Shown: positions 29,465 to 39,933, counted from the first letter of the stretch. The stretch: DNA of 64,000 nucleotides from Terrimicrobiaceae bacterium (GCA_041752695.1 JBGSVZ010000062.1:53456-117455); one strand, 5' to 3'. The notes: generated by a model not told the origin, from the letters alone. Translations and numbers: made by a program.

Positions 29465-31227
29465 CCATCGCGTTTGTCCTCACCCTGTTGGTGATCGCCA
29501 TCATTCTGTTCGCCCGCGAGACGCTGCCGGTGGACATCGTGACCTTGCTTGTCCTCCTGGCGCTGATCGGCACAAAAATTCTCACCCCGCAGGAGGCCTT
29601 TGCCGGGTTTGGCAGCGAGATCATCATCATTCTCGGGTCGGTGTTTATCATCAGTGGAGCGCTGCGCGAGAGTGGCGTGGTGGACTGGCTCGGGCAAAAA
29701 ATCGGAAATTCCACCCGTGGTGGCGAGAAGTCCCAGTTGGCCATCCTCATGGGTTCGGTGGCGGGATTTTCGGCCTTCATGAACAACACGACCGTCACGG
29801 CGCTGTTGCTCGCCCCGGTTTCCGGGATGGCCCGGAAACGAGGAGTGAGTCCCTCCAAATTTCTCATGCCCCTGGCCTTCGCCTCCATTCTCGGGGGGAC
29901 GTGCACTCTCATTGGAACGTCCACGAATATTGCCGTCCGGGGGTTCCTGGTGGACGCGGGTCTGCCGCCGCTGGGATTTTTTGAGCTCACTCCCGTCGGG
30001 CTCGTCATCGTGGCGGCGGGGATTGGCTACATGGTCCTGATTGGGCGTCACCAACTGCCCGTCCATCCGCCAGAGCGCAGTCTGAGTGAGGATTACGGTC
30101 TGCGGGAATACCTTTCGGAAATTGTCATTCGGGAAAACTCTCCGCTGGCGGGCCAGACCCTCCGCGAATCCGATCTGGGAAGACTGGGTTTTCGTGTGCT
30201 CCAACTCCATCGCGAAGGCCGGTCTCTGCCCACCCGTCCCTCGCTCCAGTTGAAGGTTGGTGACGTTCTGGTGGTCAACGGCCCCGTCGAAAGTCTGATC
30301 AAAGTCCGTGAAACCGAGGGCATCGACATCCGGCCCGATGTCAAATTTGGCGACCGGGAACTCAAAGCGGATGAGCGCGAAATTCTGGAGCTGATTGTGA
30401 CTCCGCTCTCGGAACTTCGCGGCCATCGGATTCAGGACCTCGACCTGCCGGTCCGCTTTGGGGTGGCCGTGCTGGCCATTAATCGTCACGGGCGGCGGTT
30501 GCGCGACAAGATCAAAACCGTGCGCCTCGATACCGGGGACATTCTTCTGGTGCAGGGGCCGCGCGAGGCGATGGCTGACCTGCGGAAAAGTCCGGACTTT
30601 GCCGTGTTCGGCGAACCCAACACCACGCCGCACCGCGGGAAAAAAGGTCTGCTGGTTTTGGGTTTTCTCGGCTTGGGCGTGATCCTCGGCGGGCTGGACG
30701 TGGTGCCTCTTTCCGCCGGTTTGTTGGGCGCGGCCGTGGCCACGGTGCTCACCCGCTGCATGCCCCTGCACAAAGTTTATGCCTGTGTGGAATGGCGGTT
30801 GATGGTGCTGATCGCCGGAATGACAGCCTTTGGTCTGGCGATGGAGCGCACCGGCGCGGCAGGCTGGCTGGCGTCACTCGTGGTCTGGGGCCTGGAGCCT
30901 TTTGGGTCCGTCGTCATTCTGGCGGGGTTTGTGTTGTTGACCGTAGTTTTGACCCAACCGATGTCGAATGCTGCGGCGGCCCTCGTCGTGTTGCCCATCG
31001 CCTTGAGCACGGCGGAAAAGCTTGGTCTGAACGGGCGAGCTTTTGCCGTGGCGATCACCTTCGCGGCGTCGGTTTCCCTGGTCGCCCCGTTTGAGCCCTC
31101 GAGCCTGCTGGTCTATGGGCCCGGCAAATATCGCTTTGTCGATTTTTTGAAAGTGGGGGGCGTTCTCACCCTGTTGCTGGTGGCAATTGTGGTGGCGCTG
31201 GTGCCGATTTTTTGGCCGCTTTCGTGA
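29461..31227 (+). CDS. SLC13 family permease with two TrkA-C domains
   Basis: SAFMNNT, GGTCTLIGTSTN, MSNAAAA, VYGPGKYRFVDF; two central soluble TrkA-C repeats. Confidence 0.92.
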   Translation: MTIAFVLTLLVIAIILFARETLPVDIVTLLVLLALIGTKILTPQEAFAGFGSEIIIILGSVFIISGALRESGVVDWLGQKIGNSTRGGEKSQLAILMGSVAGFSAFMNNTTVTALLLAPVSGMARKRGVSPSKFLMPLAFASILGGTCTLIGTSTNIAVRGFLVDAGLPPLGFFELTPVGLVIVAAGIGYMVLIGRHQLPVHPPERSLSEDYGLREYLSEIVIRENSPLAGQTLRESDLGRLGFRVLQLHREGRSLPTRPSLQLKVGDVLVVNGPVESLIKVRETEGIDIRPDVKFGDRELKADEREILELIVTPLSELRGHRIQDLDLPVRFGVAVLAINRHGRRLRDKIKTVRLDTGDILLVQGPREAMADLRKSPDFAVFGEPNTTPHRGKKGLLVLGFLGLGVILGGLDVVPLSAGLLGAAVATVLTRCMPLHKVYACVEWRLMVLIAGMTAFGLAMERTGAAGWLASLVVWGLEPFGSVVILAGFVLLTVVLTQPMSNAAAALVVLPIALSTAEKLGLNGRAFAVAITFAASVSLVAPFEPSSLLVYGPGKYRFVDFLKVGGVLTLLLVAIVVALVPIFWPLS

Positions 31228-31262
31228 GCTTGCCTTCCGTCACATCTGGGTAAACTAGGAGC

Positions 31263-32060
31263 ATGTCCGAATCCGAATCCACGGTCGACCCCGGCATCGA
31301 GGTCCGAACGTATTTTGCCCGCGGCCGCAATGCCCTCGTCGCGCGTGCGGAGTTTTCCGAACTCTATGCCGCGCTTTATCTTCATCAGCTGGACATTGGA
31401 GTCCGCCTCGACGCCGCCTGTGATCATCTTCTGAGGGACGCCCTGGCGGCCATTGCCCTGCACTGCGCCTCGCGCCCGCGCGATGAGTCGTGCGCGTGGA
31501 CGGTGAATTTTCAAGACCCCCGCGCCAACGTTTTTGTGGCCGGGGACAGCCGCCTCGGGACCGTGGTCGGCACGGTTTTCACCGAAAACATCCGTGAGGC
31601 AGCGGGCGGGGTGTTTTATGCGGATTTCGTGGAGGGGAACAAACCTCCGCGCCGCAGTGTGGTGGAATTTTCCGGAGCGGACTTTCTGGCGGCGGTGGAA
31701 ACGTTTTATCGCCAGAGCGAGCAGCGTCCCGCGCGGCTTTTTCGGTACGATACCGAGGATCTGGTGATGGTCAGCGCCCAACCCGACTGCGACCTCGCAT
31801 GGCTCGAATCCCTCACGCCGGAAAGCGTGCGCGAGCTGGATAAGGACATCGAACTCAGCCTCTTGGAACAGCGGCAATACCGTTTCGAATGCGGCTGTAA
31901 TCAGGACCGCATTCTTGCCATGATGTTGCCGGTGCTGCGCGAACAGGCGGACGATGTTTTCGGGGGCGAGGAAACCATTCGTATCCATTGCCCACGCTGC
32001 GGAGCCCGCCACGCCCTCACCCGGGAAGCCGTGGAAGCGCGGCTGGCGGCGGATAAATGA
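31263..32060 (+). CDS. Hsp33-like redox chaperone
   Basis: YRQSEQRP; C-terminal FECGC..IHCPRCG zinc motif; divergent N-terminus. Confidence 0.75.
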   Translation: MSESESTVDPGIEVRTYFARGRNALVARAEFSELYAALYLHQLDIGVRLDAACDHLLRDALAAIALHCASRPRDESCAWTVNFQDPRANVFVAGDSRLGTVVGTVFTENIREAAGGVFYADFVEGNKPPRRSVVEFSGADFLAAVETFYRQSEQRPARLFRYDTEDLVMVSAQPDCDLAWLESLTPESVRELDKDIELSLLEQRQYRFECGCNQDRILAMMLPVLREQADDVFGGEETIRIHCPRCGARHALTREAVEARLAADK

Positions 32061-32192
32061 CTACTTGGAGGTCGCGCTGGTGGGGCAGCAGGCCCCGGTG
32101 GGCGCGCAGCATTTTTTCTTTGTTGTGCAGCAGCCGGAAAGGGCGGCGAGAGAGAAAATTACGGCCAAAGCGATGGTGAAAACGTTCTTCAT
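32061..32192 (-). CDS. Small cysteine-rich lipoprotein (43 aa)
   Basis: Manual translation MKNVFTIALAVIFSLAALSGCCTTKKKCCAPTGACCPTSATSK*; lipobox LSGC; fills the intergenic gap. Confidence 0.75.
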   Translation of the reverse strand: MKNVFTIALAVIFSLAALSGCCTTKKKCCAPTGACCPTSATSK

Positions 32193-32195
32193 GCG

Positions 32196-32774
32196 ATGAG
32201 AGTAGCTCCAATCCTCCTTTTTTCCAGTGTTTTGCTCGCCCTTGGGGCTTTTGTGGGCTGCGCCTCACGACAACCCCGGACGGACCCCGTGGGTGCTTAC
32301 CTAGGTTTTCTCAAGACCCACCCCGGAGCGGATCTCCGCGGGGACAAAGAACGGGCTGCCGTTGATCGCTTTGAGTCGTTCCTCAGCGTTTTCACCAAAG
32401 AAAAACTGCAGAACGAGACGTCTCGGGTGTATTCGCGGGATGTCTTCTTCAACGACACGCTGAAAACCGTGCGCGGTTCCGCCGCCCTGGAGGAGTATTT
32501 TCTCGGCACCCTGGTGAATACGGAAAGTATCACGGTGGACTTCACCGGTGTGGCGCGTTCCGGCAACGATTATTATTTCCGATGGGTGATGGATGTCCGG
32601 TTCAAAAAGTTCCAGCGCGGCAAAACCATTCGCACGATTGGTATGACCCACGTCCGTTTCAACCAGGATGGTCAGGTCCTTCTTCATCAGGATTATTGGG
32701 ACTCGGCACAGGGCCTTTTTGAGCACCTCCCCGTCATCGGCGGACAAATTCGTTTCATTAAATCGCGGCTTTAA
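32196..32774 (+). CDS. NTF2/SnoaL-like lipoprotein
   Basis: Lipobox FVGC; YSRDVFFNDTL, RWVM, HQDYWDS..LFEHLPVIG. Confidence 0.85.
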   Translation: MRVAPILLFSSVLLALGAFVGCASRQPRTDPVGAYLGFLKTHPGADLRGDKERAAVDRFESFLSVFTKEKLQNETSRVYSRDVFFNDTLKTVRGSAALEEYFLGTLVNTESITVDFTGVARSGNDYYFRWVMDVRFKKFQRGKTIRTIGMTHVRFNQDGQVLLHQDYWDSAQGLFEHLPVIGGQIRFIKSRL

Positions 32775-32896
32775 GCGACAGCGTCGGGGCATAAAACCGC
32801 GGCCACTGGCACTACTGGGGAGCATCGCGGCAAGGGGGGACTTTTTGTGCAGGAATTAGTTTTACTTATTTCATGCATTGACCGAGAGTTGTCTCT

Positions 32897-35149
32897 GTGA
32901 AGTCCATCGTTTCTGCTCCGCGCGAAGTCGCTCCCTCCGCCTTTCGGGCGGGCACCTGGAACTCCGCCATCGATGTTTATGACTTTGTCGTGCGCAACAT
33001 CACTCCCTACGAGGGAGGGGCTGACTTTCTATGCGGTCCCAGCGAAAACACGTCCTACCTCTGGAAAGTCTGCAAAAACGCCCTGAAGGAAGAGCGCGCG
33101 CGCAATGGTTGCCGTGCGGTGGATGCGGAAACCATTTCCACCATTACCAGTCACGCCCCCGGTTATCTCGACAAGGACTATGAGTTGATCGTCGGCCTTC
33201 AGACGGACGAGCCCCTGAAACGCCCCATCAAACCCTTCGGCGGTGTCAAGGTCGTCGCGGGCGCACTGCAGGAACGGGGCGTCGCCTTGTCGCCGAGGGT
33301 GGCGGATATTTTTCGTTATGCCAAAAATCACAACGACGCCGTTTTCTCCGCTTACGACGCCGAGATCCGGTCCTATCGATCCCACCATATTGTCACCGGC
33401 CTTCCCGACAACTATGCCCGCGGCCGTATCATCGGCGACTACCGACGGTTGGCGCTTTATGGCGCGGACCGTTTGATTGCCGCGAAAAAATCCGACCTCG
33501 CCGGGCTCGACGGTCCGATGACGGATCACCTTGTCCGTCTGCGGGAAGAGGTGAGCCTGCAAATCCGCGCGCTTCAGGATATTAAGAAGATGGCCGCCGG
33601 TTACGGTTTCGACGTTTCGTTGCCGGCCACGAATGCCCGTGAGGCGGTCCAGTGGGTTTATTTCGCGTACCTCGCCGCCGTGAAGGAACAGGACGGGGCG
33701 GCCATGTCACTTGGCAATGTCTCGTCGTTCCTCGACATCTACTTCGAAAAAGACCTCCGCGAAGGCACTCTCACTGAAGCCGGGGCGCAGGAAATCGTAG
33801 ACCAGTTTGTCATGAAACTCCGGCTCGTCCGGCACCTGCGTCCGGCAGCTTATGACGAAATTTTCGGCGGCGACCCCACCTGGGTCACCGAATCGATCGG
33901 CGGGCAGTTGGCCGATGGCCGCACCAAGGTGACAAAAACCTCCTTCCGTTTTCTCCAGACGCTTTACAATTTGGGACCTTCCCCGGAACCGAATCTGACC
34001 GTCCTCTGGTCGAAGGATTTGCCGGCCGGATTTAAGGCGTTCTGCGCAAGTGTTTCCATCGACACCTCCTCGCTGCAATACGAGAACGACGACCTCATGC
34101 GCGCCGTGCGGGGTTCGGACGACTACGGGATCGCCTGCTGTGTTTCGCACCAGGCCATCGGAAAATCGATCCAGCATTTCGGCGCGCGGGCCAATCTCGT
34201 CAAGGCGCTCCTGCTCGCCCTTAACGCCGGCCGCGAAGAAATCGATGGCTCCGTGGTGATGGAAAAAATTTCCGCCCTTTCCCCGGGTCCGCTCGACTAC
34301 GACGAAGTGATGGCCAATTTTCGCATCGCGATGGCCGACCTCGCCCGCGTCTATGCCAAGGCGATGTATGTCATCCATTGCATGCACGACAAGTATTACT
34401 ACGAAGGGGCGCAGATGGCTTTCCTCGACACCGATCCGCACATTGACATTGCCTACGGCGCGGCCGGGATTTCGATCATTGCGGATTCTCTCTCGGCCAT
34501 CAAATACGCGTGTGTCACCCCGGTCCGCAATGCGGCGGGCATCGCCACGGATTTTCAAATCGAAGGCGACTATCCCCAATACGGCAACGACGACGATCGG
34601 GTGGACGCCATCGCGCGGGACGTGACGAAGTTTTTCATCACCGAACTCCGCCGTCACCGCGCTTACAAGGATGCCAAACCCACCCTCTCGCTGCTCACCA
34701 TTACGTCCAACGTGATGTATGGGAAAAACACGGGCGCCACACCGTGCGGCCGGAAGGCGGGCGAACCTTTTGCCCCTGGTGCCAACCCCATGCACGGCCG
34801 GGATACGCACGGGGCCATCGCCTCGCTGGCCTCCGTGGCAAAGTTTGACTATCGCGATGCGGAGGACGGCATCTCCAACACGTTTTCCATCGTGCCGAAG
34901 GCCCTCGGTCCCGCCCGTGCCGATCAGGTGGACAACCTCGTCACCCTGATGGACGGCTACTTTGGCAGTGGCGCGCATCACCTGAATGTTAATGTCTTCA
35001 CCCGGGAGACGCTGATGCTGGCTTATGAAAATCCCGAGGAATACCCGCAGCTGACCATCCGTGTTTCCGGCTACGCGGTGAACTTCACCCGGCTGTCTCG
35101 AGCGCACCAGATGGAAGTGATCACACGGACCTTCCACGAAATGATGTAG
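32897..35149 (+). CDS. pflB: Pyruvate formate-lyase
   Basis: [19 protein letters not shown] active-site [25 protein letters not shown] glycyl radical loop. Confidence 0.96.
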   Translation: MKSIVSAPREVAPSAFRAGTWNSAIDVYDFVVRNITPYEGGADFLCGPSENTSYLWKVCKNALKEERARNGCRAVDAETISTITSHAPGYLDKDYELIVGLQTDEPLKRPIKPFGGVKVVAGALQERGVALSPRVADIFRYAKNHNDAVFSAYDAEIRSYRSHHIVTGLPDNYARGRIIGDYRRLALYGADRLIAAKKSDLAGLDGPMTDHLVRLREEVSLQIRALQDIKKMAAGYGFDVSLPATNAREAVQWVYFAYLAAVKEQDGAAMSLGNVSSFLDIYFEKDLREGTLTEAGAQEIVDQFVMKLRLVRHLRPAAYDEIFGGDPTWVTESIGGQLADGRTKVTKTSFRFLQTLYNLGPSPEPNLTVLWSKDLPAGFKAFCASVSIDTSSLQYENDDLMRAVRGSDDYGIACCVSHQAIGKSIQHFGARANLVKALLLALNAGREEIDGSVVMEKISALSPGPLDYDEVMANFRIAMADLARVYAKAMYVIHCMHDKYYYEGAQMAFLDTDPHIDIAYGAAGISIIADSLSAIKYACVTPVRNAAGIATDFQIEGDYPQYGNDDDRVDAIARDVTKFFITELRRHRAYKDAKPTLSLLTITSNVMYGKNTGATPCGRKAGEPFAPGANPMHGRDTHGAIASLASVAKFDYRDAEDGISNTFSIVPKALGPARADQVDNLVTLMDGYFGSGAHHLNVNVFTRETLMLAYENPEEYPQLTIRVSGYAVNFTRLSRAHQMEVITRTFHEMM

Positions 35150-35150
35150 G

Positions 35151-35921
35151 GTGTTGCGTTCGGAAATTTGCGAAGGTTCCGCCAGAGCGGTGAAATCCTT
35201 GCGCATCCATTCCCTCGAAACCTTCGGTACCCACGACGGACCGGGGGTGCGGCTTGTGATTTTCACCCAGGGCTGTCACTTGCGCTGCGCCTATTGCCAC
35301 AACCCGGACACCCTGTCGCTCACCGGCGGGAAGCTGGTCGACATTGACGAACTGGTGCGACGGGCCGTCCGGCAAAAACCCTACTTCGGCACCCGTGGCG
35401 GTGTCACCGTTTCCGGCGGGGAACCGACCCTCCATGCCGCGGCTCTGACGGAATTTTTCCTCGCTCTGCGGGCGGAGGAAATTTCTACCTGCCTGGATTC
35501 CAACGGTTTCGTTCTCGATGAGGAGGTGAAGGCGCTCTACGAGCAAACCGACCTTCTTCTCCTCGACATTAAACACATCGACGACGCCTCGCACCGGCGG
35601 CTCACGGGACAATCCAATGCCACCCCGCTGGCCGCGGCCGCCTGGCGAGAGCAGACCGGCCGGCCCATGTGGCTGCGCTACGTGCTGGTTCCCGGCTGGA
35701 CGGATCAAGAGCCTTTCCTGCGCCAATGGGCGGAACATTTTTCCCGCTTCCGCACCGTCGCCCGCGTGGAGATTCTCCCCTACCACAAACTGGGTGTTCA
35801 TAAATGGGAGCACCTCGGCATGGCCTACCGTCTCCAGGGTGTCGAGCCTCCCTCGCCGGAACTTCTGGAGCGGACCCGCGAGATGTTCGCTTCGTTTTTT
35901 CCCGAGGTGATCGTCAAATGA
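35151..35921 (+). CDS. pflA: Pyruvate formate-lyase activating enzyme (radical SAM)
   Basis: HSLETFGTHDGPGVR, GCHLRCAYCHNPDT, SGGEP, LPYHKLGVHKW; alternative GTG start at 35190. Confidence 0.95.
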   Translation: MLRSEICEGSARAVKSLRIHSLETFGTHDGPGVRLVIFTQGCHLRCAYCHNPDTLSLTGGKLVDIDELVRRAVRQKPYFGTRGGVTVSGGEPTLHAAALTEFFLALRAEEISTCLDSNGFVLDEEVKALYEQTDLLLLDIKHIDDASHRRLTGQSNATPLAAAAWREQTGRPMWLRYVLVPGWTDQEPFLRQWAEHFSRFRTVARVEILPYHKLGVHKWEHLGMAYRLQGVEPPSPELLERTREMFASFFPEVIVK

Positions 35922-37147
35922 GCGGGCCCTATCCCGCCGCTCAGCGCTGGACAGTCGCTGTGGCCGGTACCGCGCTGCAGGTCTGTCTCGGCACCGTTTA
36001 TGCCTGGAGCTATTTTCAAACGCCCATCCGGGAAGCTCACGGCTGGAGCAACGAGGCCGTCACCGGGGTCTTCAGTATGGCGATCTGCTGTCTGGGCCTC
36101 GCCGCCGCATGGGGGGGATGGCAACTCAAGCGGGGCAAGCTTTCGCCCCGGCTGCTGGCGGTGACGGGAGGAGTGCTTTTCGGGCTGGGGCATCTTGTCG
36201 CCGCGGCCGCGCTGGCCTGGGGTCAGTGGGGGCTGCTCCTTTTCGGATACGGGGTGATCGGAGGCATTGGTCTGGGTTTGGGCTACGTCGTGCCCGTTGC
36301 CACCGCGGTGCGGTGGTTTCCGGACAAAAAGGGTTTTATCACGGGCTTGGTGGTGATGGGTTTTGGGCTCGGTGCCTTGCTCATGAGCAAGGTGCTGGCG
36401 CCTCTCGCCCTGCAGGTTTTCCACGGCAATATCGCCGAGGCCTTTGCGGCCATGGGCGGCGTGTTTATCGTCCTGGCACCGATGGCCGGGTGGATGATGA
36501 CAAATCCACCCGCCGACCAGACGTCCCCCGAAACGCAAATGGCTCCCCCCATCGCCTGGGGCCGATTTGCCCTGCTCTGGCTGCTGTTTTTTTGCAATAT
36601 CTTCGCCGGGATTTCGCTCATCAGTTTCCAGTCTCCCCTCCTGCAGGACCTTCTTCGCCGCACCCAACCGGCCCTCTCCGCGCAGGACCTTGCCGCCGCC
36701 GGAGCCACTCTCATCGCTTGCGGAGCCCTCTTTAACGGACTGGGCCGGTTTCTTTGGGGGGCCGTCTCCGATCGCCTCGGGCAGGCCCGCGCCTTTTCCT
36801 TCATGTTCGCCGCCCAAATTGCCGCCTTCCTCCTCCTGCCCCACCTGTCTTCGCCGCTGCTCTTTGGTCTCCTCGTGTGCCTCATCCTGCTTTGTTATGG
36901 GGGCGGTTTCGGCGTCGTTCCGTCTTTCATCCACCAGCTCTTTGGCGAAAAGTCCATGGCGCTTCTCTACGGAATCGCCCTCACCGCGTGGTCCGCCGCC
37001 GGCGTCGCGGGTCCCCGATTCCTCGCGTGGCTCCGGGATCACCATCCCGCCGAAGAGGCCAGCCGAACGGCCTTCACGGTTAGCGCGGGCTTGATGGCGG
37101 CCGGACTCATTCTGTCCCTCCTGCCGACCCTTCGCCCCCGCCGGTGA
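35918..37147 (+). CDS. OFA (oxalate/formate antiporter) family MFS transporter
   Basis: LGTVYAWS, GIGLGLGYV, WFPDKKG..TGLVVMGFGLG, FNGLGRFLWGAVSDRLG, CYGGGFG. Confidence 0.9.
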   Translation: MSGPYPAAQRWTVAVAGTALQVCLGTVYAWSYFQTPIREAHGWSNEAVTGVFSMAICCLGLAAAWGGWQLKRGKLSPRLLAVTGGVLFGLGHLVAAAALAWGQWGLLLFGYGVIGGIGLGLGYVVPVATAVRWFPDKKGFITGLVVMGFGLGALLMSKVLAPLALQVFHGNIAEAFAAMGGVFIVLAPMAGWMMTNPPADQTSPETQMAPPIAWGRFALLWLLFFCNIFAGISLISFQSPLLQDLLRRTQPALSAQDLAAAGATLIACGALFNGLGRFLWGAVSDRLGQARAFSFMFAAQIAAFLLLPHLSSPLLFGLLVCLILLCYGGGFGVVPSFIHQLFGEKSMALLYGIALTAWSAAGVAGPRFLAWLRDHHPAEEASRTAFTVSAGLMAAGLILSLLPTLRPRR

Positions 37148-37165
37148 AGAGGGGAGGAATTTTTC

Positions 37166-37193
37166 TTGCAGATATAAGGAAAACTTATACTAT
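37166..37193 (+). promoter_or_regulatory. Promoter with palindromic operator
   Basis: TTGCAG-16-TACTAT with TATAAG-N5-CTTATA (37173-37189) overlapping the spacer. Confidence 0.6.
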
Positions 37194-37202
37194 GCATCCG
37201 TT

Positions 37203-37469
37203 ATGAGAACCACTTGTGATTGCACGCTCAGCCGTTTGCTCACCGAAGAGGAGAACGGGCGGGTCCAACAGTTATTCCGGGCCAATGGTGGCTCCCGGGC
37301 GACTGGCAGCCTGTTGGCGGAGATTGATCAATTTTCCCAGCGCAAAGACTGCCCGCACCTGCACCGTGTCGATGAAGAAACCGGCTACTGCTCGTGCAAG
37401 GATTTCATCGGAGATTGGATGGCCGAACTCGGGGAACTCGCCGGCGTCAAGGACGGTCGGCCGTTGTAA
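37203..37469 (+). CDS. Small Cys/His-containing hypothetical protein
   Basis: 88 aa, CDC..CPHLH..CSC; own promoter-like sequence; fills the gap. Confidence 0.65.
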   Translation: MRTTCDCTLSRLLTEEENGRVQQLFRANGGSRATGSLLAEIDQFSQRKDCPHLHRVDEETGYCSCKDFIGDWMAELGELAGVKDGRPL

Positions 37470-37481
37470 GCCTTCTCCCCG

Positions 37482-38825
37482 TCACAACACTCCCATCAAC
37501 CGCAGAATCAGCGGTTCGAAAAAGTGGAGCAGAAACACCCCGGCCAGCGCATAGGTAACCCAAGTGATTTCCCTGCGGTGGCCCGTGCCGATGGCCAGCG
37601 CAGCAAGGGTGATGAGTCCCAGCCCGATGCCGGTGCTGATGCTGTACGCGAGGGGCATGGTAAGAATTGTCAGCACGGCAGGTGCCGCGATTTCAAAACG
37701 TTTGAAATCCAAATCCACCACGCCCTCGAACATGACGATTCCCACCACAACCAGGGCCGGAGCCACCGCCACGCTGGGAATCATCAAAATCAACGGCGTG
37801 AAAAACAACGCCAGGAGAAAACACAGGGCGGTCGTCACAGCGGTGAGTCCAGTGCGCCCCCCGGCCTCCACGCCGGCCGCGCTTTCGATGTAACTCACCA
37901 CCGTGGAGGTCCCCAGCAGGGAGCTGAAGATGGCCGCAATGGAATCCGCCACCAAAGCCCGTCCAACCTTCGGAATGTTGCCCTGCGCGTCCATCATTCC
38001 CGCTCTCCGGGTCACGCCGATCAGCGTGCCGATGTTGTCGAACATATCCACGAGGAGGAGGGTGAGGATGACGGGCAGGGCGCGGAACGTTTCGCGAAGG
38101 ACAAAGTCGAAATCCAATTTCAGAATTAGCGGCGAGAGCGATGCGGGCAGGGACACCAGGCTTTCAGGAGGCTGCGTTACCATGCTCCCCTTGCCGTCGG
38201 GCACGGCGAGTCCGATCAGCGTAAGAATTCCCATCGAAAGAATAATAGCCCCCGGAACCTTCCGGGCCACCAGGATACAGGTGAGCAGAATTCCTCCGCC
38301 AAAGAGCGCGACCGGTGGGTGGGAGAGGTCTCCCATCGCCACCATGGTCGCGGGGTTCGTCACGATCAGCCCGCCATTCTGTAGGCCGATGAAGGCGATA
38401 AACAATCCAATGCCGGCGGAGACGGCGATCTTCAGCGAAAGCGGCAGGGCGTTGAGAATTTTCTCCCGCACTCCCGTGACCGACAAAACCAGGAAGATGC
38501 AGCCATTGATAAAAACCAGACCGAGCGCACTTTGCCACGGTACTCCCATGCCCAAGCAGATGCTGAAGGCAAAAAACGCGTTGATCCCCATACCGGGCGC
38601 ACAGGCGAGGGGGAAGTTGGTCAGCGCCGCCATCAGCAACGTCGCCAACGCCGCCCCGACGGCGGTCGCCGTAACCAACGCAGGTTGCGGCATGCCCGCC
38701 TTGGCCAGAATTTCCGGATTCACGGCAAGGATGTAGGCCATCGCGGCAAAGGTGGTCAGCCCGGCAATGATCTCGCGGCCCGGCGTGGTGCCGTGCTCCC
38801 GCAAACGAAAAACCCTCTCCAGCAT
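37482..38825 (-). CDS. NCS2/AzgA family purine permease
   Basis: REIIAGLTTFAAMAYILAVNP, APGMGINAFF, YIESAAGVEAGGRTG. Confidence 0.95.
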   Translation of the reverse strand: MLERVFRLREHGTTPGREIIAGLTTFAAMAYILAVNPEILAKAGMPQPALVTATAVGAALATLLMAALTNFPLACAPGMGINAFFAFSICLGMGVPWQSALGLVFINGCIFLVLSVTGVREKILNALPLSLKIAVSAGIGLFIAFIGLQNGGLIVTNPATMVAMGDLSHPPVALFGGGILLTCILVARKVPGAIILSMGILTLIGLAVPDGKGSMVTQPPESLVSLPASLSPLILKLDFDFVLRETFRALPVILTLLLVDMFDNIGTLIGVTRRAGMMDAQGNIPKVGRALVADSIAAIFSSLLGTSTVVSYIESAAGVEAGGRTGLTAVTTALCFLLALFFTPLILMIPSVAVAPALVVVGIVMFEGVVDLDFKRFEIAAPAVLTILTMPLAYSISTGIGLGLITLAALAIGTGHRREITWVTYALAGVFLLHFFEPLILRLMGVL

Positions 38826-38875
38826 GGCGCGAGGTCATACGGTAGATCAGGATCCGATGACACGCCAAAATCGTT

Positions 38876-38939
38876 GGAGTCCAGGCTTCAGCCTGTGCCT
38901 TTACGGATGGGAAAGGCAGCACGCTCAAGCGTGGACTTC
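38876..38939. repeat. REP-like inverted doublet
   Basis: GGAGTCCAGGCTTCAGCCTGTGCC and inverted GAAGTCCACGCTTGAGCGTGCTGCC. Confidence 0.7.
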
Positions 38940-38941
38940 TA

Positions 38942-39853
38942 CTATCCCAGCGTGAGCAGCGCCTGCAACTCCGTGCGCATTGCCTCGCCCTCCGGTCGAG
39001 TGCGCAACACCCGGGCGTTCCAAACGAGTGCCACCTTCCGCGCCTCTTCGCGCAGGAAGGGCAACTCGACGGCAAGCACTCCGTTCTGCTCCAGGTCGAC
39101 GGCGGCGTGCGCCGGAAGGATCCCGGCATAGCCGCCGCTGAGCACGGCCCGCGCGGCCTGGGGAAAACTTTCTGTGACCAGCCGGAGATTCACCAGCGAT
39201 CCCCTGCGTTCCGCCGAACGCAGCACGGTCCCGAAAAACTCCGTGTCGCTGCCCAACGTGGCGATGGGAAATTTCACCAGCATCTCCAACGGCGTGAGGT
39301 GCGCGGCCTGACGCTGGAATTTCTTCGGCACGAAAAGCCGGTAGTCCACCCGGCCCAGGACATGATGTTTGAGGGGAGGACGCACCAGTCCCGCGCGAGC
39401 CAGCCCAAAGTCCAGACGCATCTCCGAAACGCGCCGGATAATTTCTCCCGAACGCAGGTTAAAAACCTTGACCTGCACCCGGGGAAACTTCCTCTGGAAG
39501 GCCTCCAGCTTGGGCACAAGCAGCCAGGTGAGCAGGCTGTCCCCGGCCCCGATGTTCACTTCGATCATTTCGTCGGAACGGCTCTTCAGAAAATCCTCGA
39601 ACCCCCGGAGCTGCGCCCGCACCAATCCGGCCAGTTCACGGCCCGCGTCGGTCAGCGCCAGCACCCGGCCATGGCGCGTGGTGAGTTGAGTGCCGAAAAA
39701 TTCCTCCAGTTCGCCGATCTGACGGCTGAACTGGCTTTGTCGCACCACGTCGTCACCCGCGGCGCGCGCGATGCCGCCGGCCTCGGCCACCTTGAGGAAG
39801 GAATGAAGACGGTCGAGGGACAGCCCGCGCCGGGAAAGCAAGTTTTCGAACAT
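38942..39853 (-). CDS. LysR family transcriptional regulator
   Basis: LDRLHSFLKVAEAGGIARAA..QSQFSRQIGELEEFFG..LTDAG; substrate-binding domain. Confidence 0.92.
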   Translation of the reverse strand: MFENLLSRRGLSLDRLHSFLKVAEAGGIARAAGDDVVRQSQFSRQIGELEEFFGTQLTTRHGRVLALTDAGRELAGLVRAQLRGFEDFLKSRSDEMIEVNIGAGDSLLTWLLVPKLEAFQRKFPRVQVKVFNLRSGEIIRRVSEMRLDFGLARAGLVRPPLKHHVLGRVDYRLFVPKKFQRQAAHLTPLEMLVKFPIATLGSDTEFFGTVLRSAERRGSLVNLRLVTESFPQAARAVLSGGYAGILPAHAAVDLEQNGVLAVELPFLREEARKVALVWNARVLRTRPEGEAMRTELQALLTLG

Positions 39854-39933
39854 GATCCAAGAGTACGTATTCCTGTGTTTTTCTGCAATGCCGGACTCCA
39901 GCCTTTCTGCTCTCCTGCCCAGCTCTTGATTTT

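Noticed and set aside
32843..32885. Possible Rex/FNR box upstream of pflB
   Set aside because: Only half-site-like TTGTGCA and TTGAC are present, with no properly spaced inverted partner.
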